DNA of 64,000 nucleotides from Octopus bimaculoides (taxonomy: Eukaryota): NCBI RefSeq assembly GCF_001194135.2, contig NC_068984.1, positions 3,454,906-3,518,905 of the forward strand, given 5' to 3'. Shown in pieces: positions 62,008-64,000 of the stretch (position 1 is its first letter; each line of letters begins with the position of its first letter). A program made the position numbers and the translations under genes. The notes beneath the pieces were generated by a model, which saw only the letters and a list, made by a program, of their open reading frames with translations, was not told the DNA's origin and ran no database searches.

Positions 62008-63161
62008 GTCTCGGGTCCGAGAGTTGCAATGCAACGGTAAAAGAAACACAATTATGACCCTACCACATTTATTTGATATGACCACCTCTGTTTCGAATCA
62101 CAGCCTTAAGTATAGGTGCGAATGCTTCACTCACGGCACGCAGCTGTTCTTGCGAAATCAAAGCCTATTCCTGGCGTAGTTTTGCTTTTAGAGCGCCGAG
62201 CTAAGTATGAAAAGTTCTCGAGACCCTCATCTCCAAAATGAACCAAACAGAAAAATCCAACAGGTTGAGATAGGGGCTTTTTGAGGGCCAGACATCCTTG
62301 TCTATGAACGATGGAATGTTTTTTTCTGAATCCAGTGTTTGGGGCTGTGGGGTGGTGCTGATTCCTATTGGAGGCTTCGATGTGCGCCTTGAAAGTGCTC
62401 ATTCGCCTATGGAAGCAGTTCAGCTTCCAGAATGTCGCTTATGTATCGCTGGGTGTTAATTCTAACACCCGAGATCTTCCAGTGGTTGTCACAGCCACCC
62501 AAACCATAATTGACAGTGGATTTTGACGTTGATTTACGAGTCTACTCTCGGCGGAGTCAGATACACTCCAAAGTCGGTCATTCTGGTGGTTTGCTGTTTG
62601 TTTGATGTCAAATTACTTTTGAACAGTGAACACCAGTTAGGGCAGCGTGCCTTCCGCAATCTGACTCGGGATAAGACGACTTCACTCCAGTCTCATGGCT
62701 TTATGAACTTGCATGAGCTCATGATGGCGGATATCTTGTAGAGCTGGGTCCTGATATTTTCCTTCAGCACTCGATACATCGATGTTTGACTTAATTTGGA
62801 TCTGGAAGCCAGTTTTCTGACGGAACAATGATAATTTCACCGTATCTTTTCTCTGGTACTTTGGTAAGCTGAGGGGTCCGCACACTTCTTTTTCGGTCAC
62901 GTCCAGGTCAATCAGCGGTGGAACCAGTCTCTTGAAAATCTTTCGACAATTTTAAACTTTTTTGTTATAGCTGTACTGCTTTCGTCCCCTTTGTGGAGGG
63001 TCTATAGCCATTATCTAATTTATAAATCTGAATTTAATTCCTGAAACAAAAAAGACGACATACTAAGCTTTTATGATGATGTATAATTTTTATATTTTAT
63101 CATATTTATTGATAGTAACTAAAGCCCGAAATTTCGGTTGCCTTTATTTCGAGACACCCTG
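62008..63161 (-). mobile_element. Second DD37D (maT)-like transposon, decayed
   Basis: Minus frames give RKLASRSKLSQTSMYRVLKE, LVFT..FDIKQTANHQNDRLW and NPLSIMVWVAVT, plus a W..GPQKAP/LNLLDFSVW-type segment. The terminus caccctg+TA lies at 63155-63163. Confidence 0.7.
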
Positions 63162-63242
63162 TAGACATGAACATGTCTGGACGGACATGTATGTGTTTGT
63201 ACGTACGTACATACAAACATACATACATACATACATGCATAC

Positions 63243-63933
63243 ATCATCAAAGCAGTACCAACAACCGGATTACTAACTCCCACTTCGAAGGGTATGCGTT
63301 TGCAATCCAAGAACAAGAAATATCGACCAAATACTTGATGTACAAAGGGAACAGAAATGCAGGAAAAGCAGTAAAGCGTGACAACCGATGCAGACTTTGT
63401 GGAGTTCACAATGATGATATCACCCACATCATAAACAGTTGTCCGAAAATGTCATCACGGTATTATTTACCGATGGGACATGATGTTGTAGCAAGGACAC
63501 TATATAATGAGGTCCGTCGGAAGGAAAACCTCAATGAAATGTAAACACAATAGACCTCATTTGGAGAAGAGAAACTCTGTACAGTTGCAGAAATTAGCTG
63601 CCCATCAGATATTAACATAAAGTTAAAGATCAGCGAAAAAGAGAATACCTATGCTGAATTATTGAGAAATCTGCAGTTACTTTATCCAGATTAGAAGTTC
63701 AGGTAATTATTAGAGCACTGGAATATGTAACACACTGCCTAAATACCAATCTTGAGAAACTAGGCTTCTCAAAAGGAGAAAGCTGATTTGAAGACTACAG
63801 ATCTAATCCAACACTGGAACTGTAAAAATCTGTAAAACTTTCCAGAAGTTTATCATCTAGATATATATGAGCATGTCTAGATATGCAACTATATGCATGA
63901 GAATACACACATAAAGCAAAACATTACAAATCT

Positions 63934-63940
<7 letters not shown>
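63243..63940 (+). mobile_element. R4 family 1, 3' fragment with internal deletions
   Basis: NNRITNSHFEGYAFAIQEQEISTKYL and CRLCGVHNDDITHIINSC; closely similar to 12120-12945. Preceded by (ACAT)n at about 63205-63242. Confidence 0.9.

Positions 63941-64000
<60 letters not shown>

Overview
AT-rich, repeat-saturated eukaryotic DNA from a gapped short-read scaffold. Ten N-gaps (5750-6045, 7234-7961, 11168-11460, 23828-24191, 26900-27068, 27776-28478, 34706-34930, 47555-47654, 53470-54227, 60864-61030), most flanked by microsatellites. The SINE families look like those I recall from octopus genomes; this is an inference, not checked. I found no intact host gene, rRNA, genuine tRNA or CRISPR array. 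The window is a transposon graveyard: RTE/BovB-like LINE pieces, many R4/Dong-clade fragments from two families, a HERO-like and an L1/Tx1-like fragment, a Penelope-like element with a GIY-YIG domain, two DD37D (maT)-like and one mariner-like DNA transposon, two Chapaev3-like remnants, a MITE, several tRNA-derived SINE families, and many simple repeats. The most notable structures are: (1) a perfect 133-bp inverted repeat with an 8-nt spacer (58772-59045); (2) a Penelope-like terminal repeat with a tRNA-like Pol III promoter upstream of a minimal hammerhead ribozyme motif, plus an inverted ribozyme-bearing copy at the 5' end; (3) a second hammerhead-like tail family with a variant core; (4) apparent (TACA)n target specificity of one R4 family; (5) a 71-nt pre-miRNA-sized hairpin; (6) a 1.2-kb degenerate 28-bp satellite. 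Most boundaries of decayed elements are approximate. Family assignments come from motif recognition, not database searches.
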